Shown here piece after piece: positions 35,954 to 48,307 of a stretch of DNA of 64,000 nt (position 1 is the first letter of the stretch; every line of letters begins with the position of its first letter). The notes beneath the pieces are model-generated. The model was given only the letters and a program-made list of their open reading frames with translations. It had not been told where the DNA came from and did not search any database. The DNA comes from Phycisphaerae bacterium. GTDB lineage: Bacteria; Planctomycetota; Phycisphaerae; UBA1845. The position numbers and the translations under genes were made by a program. The stretch spans positions 29,772 through 93,771 of the forward strand of contig JAJVHU010000010.1 in NCBI GenBank assembly GCA_022072505.1, in the 5' to 3' direction.

Positions 35954-37810
35954 GTGGATCAACCGCGTCGAGGGACATCGCTGGAATCTCCGACCTCCCG
36001 TGCGCGCGGAGCGGTGCTCATGTCCGGGCTGCTGGTCGTCGCGGCCGGGTGCGGCGCGCCTCCCGGCGACGCGCCCGTCAACGACAACGCGTCGGACGGC
36101 GGCTTCGTCTTCGACGGCGAGGACGATCCCACCATCGCGGCGCTCGATTACGAACGCTCGGAACTCCTGGTGCAGACGCTCCCCGGCGCCGCCGCGACCG
36201 AACTCGCCGACGCCTACGCCGCCGCCGGCGCCCAGGCCGTGGACGCAATCCCCGAACTTGACGCCGTCGTCCTCGCCGTGGATCCGGATCAACTCCTCGC
36301 CGCCGCAGCCGCGCTCGCCGAGCACGAATTGATTGAAACCGTCCGCAAGAATTACCTTTACGCCGTCGAAGTCGCCCCGAACGATCCGCGCGCCGCCGAA
36401 CAATCACACCTGGACCAGCTCGGACTCGCGGCCGCGTGGGACATTTCGACCGGCGATTCCGCCACGATCATCGCCATCCTCGACACCGGAGTCCTGCCAA
36501 CGCATGAAGACCTGCGCGCCAACCTCTTCGACGGATACAACGTCGTGGACGCCAACACCGACTCGTCCGACGTCCACGGTCACGGAACCGCCGTGGCGGG
36601 CGCCGCCGCCGCCGCGTCCAACAACGCCCAGGGCGTCGCCGGCGTCTGCTGGGATTGCTCAATCCTCCCGGTGCGCGTGTCCCTGCCCGACGGTCGGGCG
36701 TCCAGCCGCGCGATCGCCTCGGCGGTGCTCTGGGCCGTGCTCCAGGACGCCTCGGTCATCAACATCAGCTTCGGACCGCTGGAACAGGATAAGATTGTTC
36801 TTGCGGCCGCGCAGGTCGCTCGCAACAACGGCGTCCCCGTCGTCATCGCCGCCGGAAACCAGGGCGCGCGCAAGTCCGCCGCGGACAGCGAGCACGCCCT
36901 TTTCATCGGCGCCGTCAACGATGACGACACCCTCGCCGACTTCTCCAACACCGGACCTTTCGTCGATCTCGTCGCCCCGGGCGTGCGCATCCTCACCACC
37001 GATCGGACCGCCGGTTACGCCCGCTACAACGGAACGTCGTTCTCGGCGCCGATCGCCGCCGGCGTCATCGCCCTGATCCGATCGGTCAACCCCGACTTGC
37101 GTCCGGCCACCATCGAGAACCTCCTTCGCGCCACGGCGCTGGATCTCGGCGCTTCCGGGAGAGACTCCTCGTTCGGCTCCGGCCGGATCGACGCCGCCGC
37201 CGCCCTGGACCGCGCCGAAACCACCGAGGAGTCGCCGGACGCGACGCCCCCCACGGTAACGGTCTCCAGCCCGCGCGATGGCGCGACGGTGTCCGGCAGA
37301 GTCCCGGTCCGCGTCACCGCCTCCGACGCCACCGGCGTCGCCGACGTGGTTCTCTCCGTGGACGGCGCGCCCGCCCTGGCCGACTCCGTCTCGCCTTACA
37401 CGTTCTCGCTGGACACGTCCTCTCTTGCCCCAGGCACGCACACCCTGGCCGTGGTCGCCACCGACGTCGTGGGCAACGCCTCGACCGCCCGCACCGTGCG
37501 CATCACCGTCGCCGGAGCGACCGGCGACACCGCCCCGCCCACCGCCACGCTCATTTCACCCTCCGACGGCGCAACCGTCTTCGGAACCGTCGAAGCCCGC
37601 GCCCTGGTCACCGACAACAGCGCGTTGTCCCGAGTTGAGTGGCTCGTCGACGGCCGCGCCGCCCGAACCACCCCGGTCACCGGAACGCGACAGGAGGTCT
37701 CGTTCTTCTGGAACACTTCGACGCTTTCATCCGGGTCGCACACCCTCACGCTTCGCGTCACCGACGCCGCCGGTCTTACCGCGAGCGCCGCCGTAACCGT
37801 GCGGAAGTGA
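35954..37810 (+). CDS. Subtilisin-like (S8) serine protease lipoprotein with two C-terminal Ig-like domains
   Basis: GTG at 35954 has AGGAG 8 nt upstream. Lipobox LLVVAAGC. Catalytic triad motifs AILDTGV, HGHGTAVAGAAAA and GTSFSAPIAAGVIAL. Two similar roughly 95-aa modules (PPTVTVSSPRDGATVSG.. and PPTATLISPSDGATVFG..). The track start at 35765 overlaps the methyltransferase gene. Confidence 0.9.
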   Translation: MDQPRRGTSLESPTSRARGAVLMSGLLVVAAGCGAPPGDAPVNDNASDGGFVFDGEDDPTIAALDYERSELLVQTLPGAAATELADAYAAAGAQAVDAIPELDAVVLAVDPDQLLAAAAALAEHELIETVRKNYLYAVEVAPNDPRAAEQSHLDQLGLAAAWDISTGDSATIIAILDTGVLPTHEDLRANLFDGYNVVDANTDSSDVHGHGTAVAGAAAAASNNAQGVAGVCWDCSILPVRVSLPDGRASSRAIASAVLWAVLQDASVINISFGPLEQDKIVLAAAQVARNNGVPVVIAAGNQGARKSAADSEHALFIGAVNDDDTLADFSNTGPFVDLVAPGVRILTTDRTAGYARYNGTSFSAPIAAGVIALIRSVNPDLRPATIENLLRATALDLGASGRDSSFGSGRIDAAAALDRAETTEESPDATPPTVTVSSPRDGATVSGRVPVRVTASDATGVADVVLSVDGAPALADSVSPYTFSLDTSSLAPGTHTLAVVATDVVGNASTARTVRITVAGATGDTAPPTATLISPSDGATVFGTVEARALVTDNSALSRVEWLVDGRAARTTPVTGTRQEVSFFWNTSTLSSGSHTLTLRVTDAAGLTASAAVTVRK

Positions 37811-37922
37811 ACAACACAGGCGGAGGCCCGCGATGCGAGGCAGGACGAACGCCCGCCGTGGATGAGTGCGCCGGCGCAGCGCCGGGCGGAACGCGGACCG
37901 CGGATCGCGGATCAGAAGTCCG

Positions 37923-39943
<2,021 letters not shown>

Positions 39944-39947
<4 letters not shown>

Positions 39948-40618
39948 TTTTCCGCTCCCGTCTCAAGACCCCCCGCTGACACGGGTTCAAAAAGCGGACA
40001 TCCGAAAACCGGCGTCATGACGTTGACCGGCGTGGCTCCGCTGATCAGGGCGCGCACCGCGTCCATCCCCGCCGAGTCGCCTTCGTGACCTCTCGCCGGC
40101 GTCAATCCGCCGCTGAAAAGCAGCCTGCCTCGGGCGTCATACATCAGCGCGTGACCCGAGGTCGCCGCCCCGAAGCGACGCGCCTCCGCGCCGCCGTCAT
40201 CGAACATGACGCTCAACCCCGGGATCCCCCGGCTTTTGACGACCAGATCGCTGTCGCGCCGGCTTTCCTGATCAGGTTCAGGGAACACGAAAACGGCCGT
40301 GCAACGCATGTGCGAGGCCCCGAACGAGAGGATCCGCTCCAGGTTGGACAGACTCGCCCGGCTGCAAGGACATTTCGGGTGCAGGAATATCAGCAGCGCC
40401 GCCCGGTCCGACGGGGGAGCGATCCGCGACCCCGCCGGCCAGTACATGCCCGGCGCGGCGGATGAACCAGGTCGGGCGGCGTACTCGACAATCCGCTTGC
40501 CGCCGAAGAAAAGCACCGTCGCCCAGACCGCCGCTCCGACCGCCACCCACCGCGCTCCCCGACCGCGTGAACCCGCTCGAAATGCGGCCCCGGCGTTCTT
40601 TCCTGCCGATGTGTTCAT
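39944..40618 (-). CDS. Membrane-anchored thioredoxin-fold-like protein with a CPC motif
   Basis: N-terminal TM WVAVGAAVWATVLFFGG. LLIFLHPKCPCSRASL sits where thioredoxin-like active sites sit. A second Cys pair lies at the end (FGCPLF). The stop overlaps the kinase start (GTGATG). Confidence 0.45.
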
Positions 40619-40918
40619 GCAACAAGGGCATCGGTTTCCGCCGACGCCGAGGTGAACCGCGCTGCGGGCGGATCGATCCTGCCCAACCCGTAACTTTCAG
40701 AGGCTGACGCCAACCGACGCCTGCCGCGGGACGCATCCCGGCCCGCACTCGCCCGGCGAGCAACCGAAAGAAGGAAACGCGCAGGAACTGCGCCCCGCCT
40801 CAATTATCCCGGCGGATGCCCGTCGCCGCGCCGTGAGCTTCGACTCAAACGAACGTCCACCGGGCTCCACGCGGCGATACCCTGGAAGTTCGGATCATGT
40901 CGGGTATTCTTCACACGC

Positions 40919-41941
40919 ATGACGAACCTGCAAACCTTAACGCTTGAGGCGCCGGGGGGGTTTTCCCTGGCGGCGACGGTCTTGTCCCACGGGTGGCATG
41001 AGTGCGCCCCGATGTCGTGGTCGCAGGGCGGGGCGTGCTTTCAAGTTATGACTCGCGCCGGCGACGAAGTCCGCCGGATCAGCGTAAGCGAGCGTGAGCG
41101 AGCGCGCGATCGCGTGCGCCTGCGCGTCGATGTCGAGGGGCGCGACCTGTCGCCCGATGAATCCCGGGGCGTCCGGGACGACCTGCGCCTGATGCTCGGG
41201 CTTGATCATGAACTCGCCGAGTTTCACGAGCTTTGTCGTTCGCATCCGTCCCTGCACGTCGTCCCGCGCATCGGCGCCGGTCGGCTCCTTCGCGCCAGGG
41301 CGATGTCGGAGAACGTGCTCAAGGCCGTCTGCGCGACGAACGTGAACTGGACGCAGGCGGTCAAGATGATCAACCGGATCGCCCAGCTCGGACCCGTGTT
41401 TCCGCATTTCCGAAGCCTGAATGCGTGGCCCGGCTGCCGGGAGATTCTGCGCGCCGGGCGCGACTACCTCGTCGGCGTCGCCCGGATCGGCTACCGCGCC
41501 GACTCGATCCTCAGGCTCTGCACCGAGCAATTGTCAGGCGAGTGCGATCTCGAAGCCCTCGACGACCTCGCCCGCACGATCCCGACCGAGCCGTTGCGCA
41601 AGAGAATCCTCGCGCTGCGCGGCGTCGGACCCGCCACGGCCGGCTTCCTCCTCTCGATGCTCGGGCATCACGATCATCTGTCGATCGACTCGGCGACGCT
41701 CGCGCATGTTTCTCGCACGCACCTGTCGGGACGTCGCGCCTCACGCGCGGCGGTCGAGGACGTCTACGCCGGATACGGGCGCTGGAAGAACCTTGTTTAC
41801 TGGTTCGAAAACTGGATCACGTGGGACACCGCCCGGCGGCTGATCGCGGACGCCCCGAAGCCCGTCTCTCGCGCCAAGCCGGTGTCCCGCGAGCAGGCTG
41901 TGTCCCGGGGGAGGGCGGCGCGCCGCGTCAGTCAAAGTTGA
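40919..41941 (+). CDS. HhH-GPD superfamily DNA glycosylase (AlkA/Ogg-like)
   Basis: HhH plus Gly/Pro-rich loop LRGVGPATAGFLLSMLGHHDHLSIDSATLAHV. The C-terminal tail has KPVSRA/KPVSRE/QAVSRG repeats and overlaps the priA 3' end by 14 nt. Confidence 0.55.
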   Translation: MTNLQTLTLEAPGGFSLAATVLSHGWHECAPMSWSQGGACFQVMTRAGDEVRRISVSERERARDRVRLRVDVEGRDLSPDESRGVRDDLRLMLGLDHELAEFHELCRSHPSLHVVPRIGAGRLLRARAMSENVLKAVCATNVNWTQAVKMINRIAQLGPVFPHFRSLNAWPGCREILRAGRDYLVGVARIGYRADSILRLCTEQLSGECDLEALDDLARTIPTEPLRKRILALRGVGPATAGFLLSMLGHHDHLSIDSATLAHVSRTHLSGRRASRAAVEDVYAGYGRWKNLVYWFENWITWDTARRLIADAPKPVSRAKPVSREQAVSRGRAARRVSQS

Positions 41942-44258
41942 CCGGATCCACGTCGATGATCATCCCGCGCCGCGCAGCGCGGGCCTCGGGATGCGCCTGA
42001 AGTCCGGCAAGAAGCGTCTGAAGGTCCGTCGCGGAGGACGCTCGCAGCAGGAACTCGTACCGGTAGCGGTCGCGAAGACGCAGGCGTGCGCAGGGCGCCG
42101 GGCCCAGAACGTCCGCATCTGACGCGCCCGACCTCACAATCCCCTCGCGCAGAGCGGTCGCCAGCGTTCGCGCATGCTCCAGCGCGGTCTCCTCCCGTGC
42201 ATGCGTGACCACCCCCCGGGCAAGCCTTCTGCAAGGCGGGTATCCAAGACGGGCGCGCATCGCCAGCTCATGCTCCGCGAACGCCTCGTAATCCCCGCGA
42301 CGGGCGAACCTCAGCGCCGGCAGTTGCGGCAGCGTCGTCTGCACGATCACCTCCCCCGGAAAATCACCGCGCCCGGCGCGTCCCGCGACCTGTGTGATCA
42401 ACTGAAAGTACCGCTCCGGATTCCGGAAATCCGCCGTCGCCGTGATGCTCTCCGCCGCCAGCACCCCCACCAGCGACACAAAGGGAAAGTCCAGCCCTTT
42501 TGCGATCATCTGCGTGCCCAGCAGGACGTCCACCCGCCGGCGTTCGACGTCCTCGACAAGGCGCACGTACTCGTCGCGATGATGCATCGTGTCGCTGTCC
42601 GCCCGCCGGACGCGGGCCTCCGGGAAATGCGCCTTCAGCGCCTCCTCGACCTTCTGCGTCCCCAGCCCGACACGGATCAGGGCGCCGGCGCATCCGACGC
42701 TCGGACACGTCCGGGGAAGGTCGATGCGGCTGTAACAGTGGTGGCAGACCGCCTGCCCCCGCGCCTCATGCGCGATCAGCGGCAGGCTGCACCGCGGACA
42801 CTGCACCGACTCCCGGCACTGCGGGCACCACAGCCGCGTCGCGTAACCGCGCCGGTTTAGCAGCAGCAGGCTCTGCTCGCCGCGCTCCAGCGCCTCCCGC
42901 AGCTTGCGCTCAAGCAGGCGGGAGAACACGACGTTCTCCCGTCCCAGCGCCTGCGCCTCGACGTTCATGTCCACCACGGACATCTCGGGCATCGGGCGGT
43001 CCGCGACCCGGCGCGGCAGGACGACGCGCGCATACTCCCGCCGCGACGCGCTGTTGAACCACGTCTCCAGCGACGGCGTCGCAGACCCGAGCACGACGGC
43101 GACGCCGAGCTGATGCCCCCGCATGATCGCCGCGTCGCGCACGTGAAACCGGGGAGATTGAAGGTTCTTGTAGCTGGACTCCTGCTCCTCATCCACGCAG
43201 ATCAGCCCCAGCCGCGGGCAGGGCGCGAACACCGCGCTGCGCGTTCCGATCACGACGTCGGCGTCGCCGGAGGCGATCCGTCTCCACGTCACGGACCGCT
43301 GCGCTTCGGTCAGCCCGCTGTGCATCACCGCGACCCGGTCGAACCGCGCCGCGAGGCGGCCGACGAGTTGCATCGTGAGCACGATTTCCGGCACAAGCAG
43401 GATCGCCTGCCGTCCCCTCGCGACCGCCGCGCGGATCGCATGAACGTAGACTTCCGTCTTCCCGCTTCCGCTGACGCCGTGAAGGAGCGTAACGAAGAAG
43501 CCCCCTCGCTCGATGTGCCCGGCAATGACCTGCAGCGCCTCGCTTTGCGCGTCCGTGAGCGTGAAATCCGGAATGCGGGGATGCCTCGCCGCGCCCTCTT
43601 CCGTCGGCGAAAGCACTTTGCGCCGAACCATCTCGATCAAGCGGTCCCGCGCCATCGCCCTCAGCACCGCATCCGAGACGCCAACGTGTTCGCGCAGGGC
43701 GTCCAGCGGAGTCTCCGCGCCGGCCTGATCCAGCGCTTCCAGGACAGCGCGGCGTTGCGGAGTCATGCGGGCGCGGCGGTCGGGCGAAGACGTTTCCGCA
43801 CCGCCTGTCGCGCCGCCCGGCGGTCGCTCCACCCGTCTCACGAAGCGCGCCGCCCGCAACCCGCGCTCTCGCCGCACCGCCTCGGGCGCCATCGCCTTCA
43901 GCACAAGACCGAGCCCCGTCGCGTAATGCGCGGCAAGTCTCCGGCCCAGCGCAATCAGGTTCGCGTCAAGATACGTCTCCTCGTCGATCACCTCGAGCAC
44001 CGGGTGCAGCGTCGTCCGGATCGACTCCCGGGTCAGGCCGACGACGAAGCCCGGCGTCGGTCGTGCCCCGCGCCCCAGACCGACCCGCACCCGCTGCCCC
44101 AGCCGGACGCGCGGAACGAGCGCCTCGGGCACCAGGAAGGAATACGTGCGGAGCAGCGGAACGATCGGCGCAACTTCCGCGACGACCCCCGTGCGATCCT
44201 GCTGCGGAGACTCCGACCAGAGCCACCCCGACGGACTTTCCGATCCTCGTGCATGCAT
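41928..44258 (-). CDS. priA: Primosomal protein N' (replication restart helicase PriA)
   Basis: LLHGVSGSGKTEVY, CVDEEQESSYK, and Zn fingers CPQCRESVQCPRCSLPLIAH..CHHC. Confidence 0.93.
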   Translation of the reverse strand: MHARGSESPSGWLWSESPQQDRTGVVAEVAPIVPLLRTYSFLVPEALVPRVRLGQRVRVGLGRGARPTPGFVVGLTRESIRTTLHPVLEVIDEETYLDANLIALGRRLAAHYATGLGLVLKAMAPEAVRRERGLRAARFVRRVERPPGGATGGAETSSPDRRARMTPQRRAVLEALDQAGAETPLDALREHVGVSDAVLRAMARDRLIEMVRRKVLSPTEEGAARHPRIPDFTLTDAQSEALQVIAGHIERGGFFVTLLHGVSGSGKTEVYVHAIRAAVARGRQAILLVPEIVLTMQLVGRLAARFDRVAVMHSGLTEAQRSVTWRRIASGDADVVIGTRSAVFAPCPRLGLICVDEEQESSYKNLQSPRFHVRDAAIMRGHQLGVAVVLGSATPSLETWFNSASRREYARVVLPRRVADRPMPEMSVVDMNVEAQALGRENVVFSRLLERKLREALERGEQSLLLLNRRGYATRLWCPQCRESVQCPRCSLPLIAHEARGQAVCHHCYSRIDLPRTCPSVGCAGALIRVGLGTQKVEEALKAHFPEARVRRADSDTMHHRDEYVRLVEDVERRRVDVLLGTQMIAKGLDFPFVSLVGVLAAESITATADFRNPERYFQLITQVAGRAGRGDFPGEVIVQTTLPQLPALRFARRGDYEAFAEHELAMRARLGYPPCRRLARGVVTHAREETALEHARTLATALREGIVRSGASDADVLGPAPCARLRLRDRYRYEFLLRASSATDLQTLLAGLQAHPEARAARRGMIIDVDPVNFD

Positions 44259-44380
44259 GACTTAAGCGCAGGATGCTGACCTTGCGGCAACCGGTCAAGA
44301 ACCCTCGCCGTCCCTGACGTTCGCATTATTTTCGGACCGCCCCTTGAACGCCGCCGAGGCCGCGCGTTACGCTCCGGCGC

Positions 44381-46618
44381 ATGAATGCGATCGTTCAGCC
44401 CGCCGCGTACCCGTCGCCGGAACACGACGTGATGTCGCACGTGCGCCGAACGTGGGGCTTTGATCGTCTTCGCCCGCTCCAGGCCGAGGCGATCGACGCC
44501 GCGCTCGCCGGGCGCGACGCGCTGGTCGTCATGCCGACCGGCGGCGGAAAGTCGCTTTGTTATCAGGTTCCCCCGCTGGTTTCCCGGCGGATGAGCGTCG
44601 TCGTCTCTCCTTTAATCAGCCTGATGAAGGATCAGGTGGACGGCTTGCGCGCCTGCGGATACCCCGCCGCGGCGCTGAACAGCGCCTTAAGCGCGGACGA
44701 GCGCCGGGAAACCGAGCGTCAGATCGCCTCCGGACAATGCCGCCTTCTCTTTGTGTCGCCCGAGAAGCTGCTCTCCGATTTCTTCAGCGGCTGGCTGGCG
44801 CGGTTCCCGGTCGGACATTTTGCGATCGACGAGGCGCATTGCGTCAGTCACTGGGGGCATGACTTCCGCCCTGAGTACCGCCAGTTGCGGATGATCCGGG
44901 ATCGCTTTCCCTCGGCGGCGATCCACGCCTTCACCGCCACCGCGACGCGCCGCGTCCGCGACGACGTCGTGGCGCAACTGGGGCTGCGGGATCCGTGCAT
45001 GCTCGTCGGGTGCTTCGATCGTCCGAACCTCGCCTACCGGGTCATCCCGCGCACGCGCGCCGTCGAGCAGGCGGATGCGATCCTGCGCCGGCACGCGAAG
45101 CAGGCGTCGATCGTGTACTGCATGACCCGAAAAGAGACGGACGCGACCGCCGCCGAGCTTCGCGGTCTCGGCCACCGCGTCGCAGCCTACCACGCGGGCA
45201 TGAGCGCGGGCGACCGCCGTCGAGTTCAGGACCGCTTTGCATCGGAAGCGCTGGATGTCGTCGTCGCCACCGTCGCCTTCGGGATGGGCATCGACCGCAG
45301 CGACGTGCGCTGCGTCATCCACGCATCGATGCCCAAGTCGATCGAGCATTATCAGCAGGAAACCGGGCGCGCAGGCCGGGACGGGCTTGAGGCCGAGTGC
45401 GTCCTCCTTTACTCCGCCGCCGACGTGTTTCGCTGGGAGGGGTTGATGACGCGCAGCGCCGTCGAAGCCGGCGCGCCGGATTCCGTCATTCAGCATCACG
45501 TCGCGCTCCTGAGGCACATGCGGGACTACTGCGCCCCCGGACGGTGCCGCCACCGGCAATTGTCCGAGTACTTCGACCAGGAATACCCCCGGGGCAACTG
45601 CGGCGCGTGCGACACCTGCCTCGCCGAGCACGAGGAGGTCGGCGGCGCCACCGTGCTGGCCCAGAAAATCCTCTCCTGCGTTTGCCGGGTCGGCGAGCGC
45701 TTCGGCGTGCGCTACGTCGTCGACGTCCTGCGCGGCGCGAACACCGAGGCGATCCGGCGCAACGGTCACGACCGGCTCTCGACTTACGCCCTCCTGAAAG
45801 GAGAGGATCCGCGCGAACTGACCCAGGTCACATACCAGCTGCTCGATCAGGGGATGCTCAGCCGCGTCGGCGACGACAAGCCCGTCGTGCGGCTTAACGA
45901 GGCGTCGTGGCGCGTGCTGCGCGGACAGCAGGAGGTCCGGCTGTGGCGCTCGTCCTCGAACGTGACGCTTGCTTCGCAGGACGCGGGCGACGCCTGGGCG
46001 GGGGTTGATCCGGGATTGTTCGAGGCGTTGCGGGACTGGCGGCGCGAGACCGCGGTCCGTCGCGCCGTCCCGGCGTTCGTCATCTTCGGGGATGCAACGC
46101 TGCGCGAGTTGGCCCGGAGGCGGCCCTCCTCGACGGCGTCGCTCTTGCAAATCAGCGGCATCGGCGAGCGGAAGCAGGGGGAGTTCGGAGAAGAACTGCT
46201 GCGGGTCATCGACGCGCTCTGCCGCGAACACGGTCTGACCCGGGATGTCCCCCCGGAAAACCCGGCAGGCGGCCCGCGTCCGCGCCGCACCGGTCCGCTG
46301 CCGGAGGTCGCGGCGCGGCTCTTCCGCAAGGGCTGGTCCGTCGCTCGCGTCGCGGAAGAGATGTGCCGCGCGGAGAGCACGGTCTGGGGGTACCTCGCCG
46401 AGTTCGCGGCGCGCGAGGACGCGCCGCTGGACCCCTGGATCCAGGCGAAGACCGTCGCGCGGATCGAGCACGAGGCGGATCGGCTCGGCGACCAGCGGCT
46501 TAAACCGATCCACGAAGCGCTGGGGGGCGACGTGTCTTACAACGAGATTCGCGTGGTTCTGCGTCGCCGCGACAAGGGCGCGCACGAACCCCGTCGTGAA
46601 GAGCGGCCCGGTTGCTGA
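44381..46618 (+). CDS. recQ: ATP-dependent DNA helicase RecQ with an extra C-terminal HTH-like domain
   Basis: PLQAEAIDAALAGRDALVVMPTGGGKSLCYQ, DEAHCVSHWGHDFRPEY, Zn cluster CRHRQL..CGACDTC, and HRDC-like LFEALRDWRRETA. Confidence 0.93.
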   Translation: MNAIVQPAAYPSPEHDVMSHVRRTWGFDRLRPLQAEAIDAALAGRDALVVMPTGGGKSLCYQVPPLVSRRMSVVVSPLISLMKDQVDGLRACGYPAAALNSALSADERRETERQIASGQCRLLFVSPEKLLSDFFSGWLARFPVGHFAIDEAHCVSHWGHDFRPEYRQLRMIRDRFPSAAIHAFTATATRRVRDDVVAQLGLRDPCMLVGCFDRPNLAYRVIPRTRAVEQADAILRRHAKQASIVYCMTRKETDATAAELRGLGHRVAAYHAGMSAGDRRRVQDRFASEALDVVVATVAFGMGIDRSDVRCVIHASMPKSIEHYQQETGRAGRDGLEAECVLLYSAADVFRWEGLMTRSAVEAGAPDSVIQHHVALLRHMRDYCAPGRCRHRQLSEYFDQEYPRGNCGACDTCLAEHEEVGGATVLAQKILSCVCRVGERFGVRYVVDVLRGANTEAIRRNGHDRLSTYALLKGEDPRELTQVTYQLLDQGMLSRVGDDKPVVRLNEASWRVLRGQQEVRLWRSSSNVTLASQDAGDAWAGVDPGLFEALRDWRRETAVRRAVPAFVIFGDATLRELARRRPSSTASLLQISGIGERKQGEFGEELLRVIDALCREHGLTRDVPPENPAGGPRPRRTGPLPEVAARLFRKGWSVARVAEEMCRAESTVWGYLAEFAAREDAPLDPWIQAKTVARIEHEADRLGDQRLKPIHEALGGDVSYNEIRVVLRRRDKGAHEPRREERPGC

Positions 46619-46678
46619 ACCGTCGTCCCTCAGCGCCCGTCTTGCGGATCGCACCGCTTTGCATAACGTGCGCAACCG

Positions 46679-48304
46679 GTGCGCATGTTTCACGAGCGGC
46701 GACATCTGACGGATTTTCACAGCTCGCGGATCGGCCACGTCGTCACAGACGTGCTGGTGATCGGCAGCGGGGTGGCGGGAGCGCGGGCGGCGATCGAAGC
46801 GGGGGCTTCCGCCGACGTCATCCTGATCAGCAAGAAGGATTTTTCCGCCGGAGCGACGAGATACGCCCAGGGCGGCATCGCCTGCGCCGTCGGGGACGAC
46901 GACAACGCCGACGCGCACCTCGCGGACACGATCCGCGTCGGCTGCGGGCTGAACCGCCGGACGGTCGTTGAACACGTCGTCCGCAGCGCGCCCGCCCTCC
47001 TCGACGAGTTGACGTCGTGGGGATTCGCGGTGGATCGCGTTGACGGCCGCGTCGCGCTGGCTCGCGAAGGCGGTCATTCCCGCAGCCGCGTCGTTCATGC
47101 GCGCGGCGATGCGACGGGGCTTGAACTGAGCGAGACGCTTCAGCGCCGAATCCGAAGCCTCCGGTCGATCCGCGTCTTCGAGCAGTGTTTTCTCGTCGAT
47201 CTTGTGACGATCGACGGCGCCTGCGTCGGCGCAATCACGCATCACGCCAAGTACGGGCACCAGATCATCTGGGCGCAGCGGACGATCCTCGCCGGCGGCG
47301 GCTGCGGGCAGGTTTACCGGGAAACGACGAACCCCGCGACGATCACCGGAGACGCCCTCGCCGCCGCCTACCGCGCGGGCGCGGTGATCTCCGACGTCGA
47401 GTTCGTGCAGTTTCATCCGACGACGCTTTACATCGCCGGAGCGGGGCGCGCGCTCATTTCCGAGGCCGTCCGGGGCGAGGGCGCGCACCTCGTCGATCGC
47501 GCCGGACTGCGCTTCATGCCTGGGCATCATCCGGACGCGGAGCTGGCGCCGCGCGACGTCGTCAGCCGCGCGATCACCCGGCACATGCTGGCGACGCGAA
47601 CGAACTGCGTGTATCTCGACGCTCGCCACGTCCGGGGGTTTCCCGACCGCTTCCCCTCGATCACGAAACTCTGCGCCGAGTTCCAGATCGACGTCTCCCG
47701 CGACCTGATCCCCGTCCGGCCCAGCGCGCATTACCTGATCGGCGGGATCGAAACCGACGCGGCCGGCGCCACGTCCGTTCCGGGGCTGCTGGCCTGCGGC
47801 GAATGCGCCTGCACGGGTCTGCACGGCGCCAACCGGCTTGCGAGCAACTCTCTGCTCGAGGGGCTGGTGACCGGGGTCGCCGCTGGTCGAGCGGCGGCCG
47901 ACGCCGCCCGCTCCGCGGCACGCGCCACGACGATCCCCCTCGTCCGACACGAAAGTGCGCGCTCCGATCGGACCGAGTTGGACCTCGCCGACATCCGCAA
48001 CTCCCTGCGCAGCGTCATGTGGCGCAACGTCGGGATCGAGCGCGCCGCGGAGCGACTCCGTGAAACCGTCGAAATTCTCGACTTCTGGGGGCATTACGTG
48101 CTGGACAAAACCTTCGACGAACCCGCCGGGTGGGAAACGCAAAACCTCCTGACCGTCGCGCGGCTGATCGCGGTCTCGGCGCTCGCTCGACCCGAGTCGA
48201 TCGGCGTTCACTTCCGAAGTGACGCGCCGTCGGGAGCGCTTCCGGCGCTTTATCACACCCGCTGCCGACGCGGCGACGCGGATCGCGTCGAGCGCTCGCC
48301 GTGA
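46679..48304 (+). CDS. nadB: L-aspartate oxidase
   Basis: DVLVIGSGVAGARAA, RYAQGGIA and GLLACGECACTGLHGANRLASNSLLE. Confidence 0.93.
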   Translation: MRMFHERRHLTDFHSSRIGHVVTDVLVIGSGVAGARAAIEAGASADVILISKKDFSAGATRYAQGGIACAVGDDDNADAHLADTIRVGCGLNRRTVVEHVVRSAPALLDELTSWGFAVDRVDGRVALAREGGHSRSRVVHARGDATGLELSETLQRRIRSLRSIRVFEQCFLVDLVTIDGACVGAITHHAKYGHQIIWAQRTILAGGGCGQVYRETTNPATITGDALAAAYRAGAVISDVEFVQFHPTTLYIAGAGRALISEAVRGEGAHLVDRAGLRFMPGHHPDAELAPRDVVSRAITRHMLATRTNCVYLDARHVRGFPDRFPSITKLCAEFQIDVSRDLIPVRPSAHYLIGGIETDAAGATSVPGLLACGECACTGLHGANRLASNSLLEGLVTGVAAGRAAADAARSAARATTIPLVRHESARSDRTELDLADIRNSLRSVMWRNVGIERAAERLRETVEILDFWGHYVLDKTFDEPAGWETQNLLTVARLIAVSALARPESIGVHFRSDAPSGALPALYHTRCRRGDADRVERSP

Positions 48305-48307
48305 TCG

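Noticed and set aside
41860-41941. KPVSRA-KPVSRE-QAVSRG hexapeptide repeats at the glycosylase C-terminus, overlapping the priA 3' end
   Set aside because: This is a short, low-complexity tail. The 14-nt convergent overlap may just reflect a late stop codon. There is no evidence of function.
44687-48256. 1189-aa ORF on the minus strand spanning recQ and nadB
   Set aside because: It is antisense to two genes with unmistakable helicase and flavoprotein motifs. Its translation is Arg/Gly/Asp/Pro-rich with no motifs. This is the typical stop-poor antisense frame of high-GC DNA.
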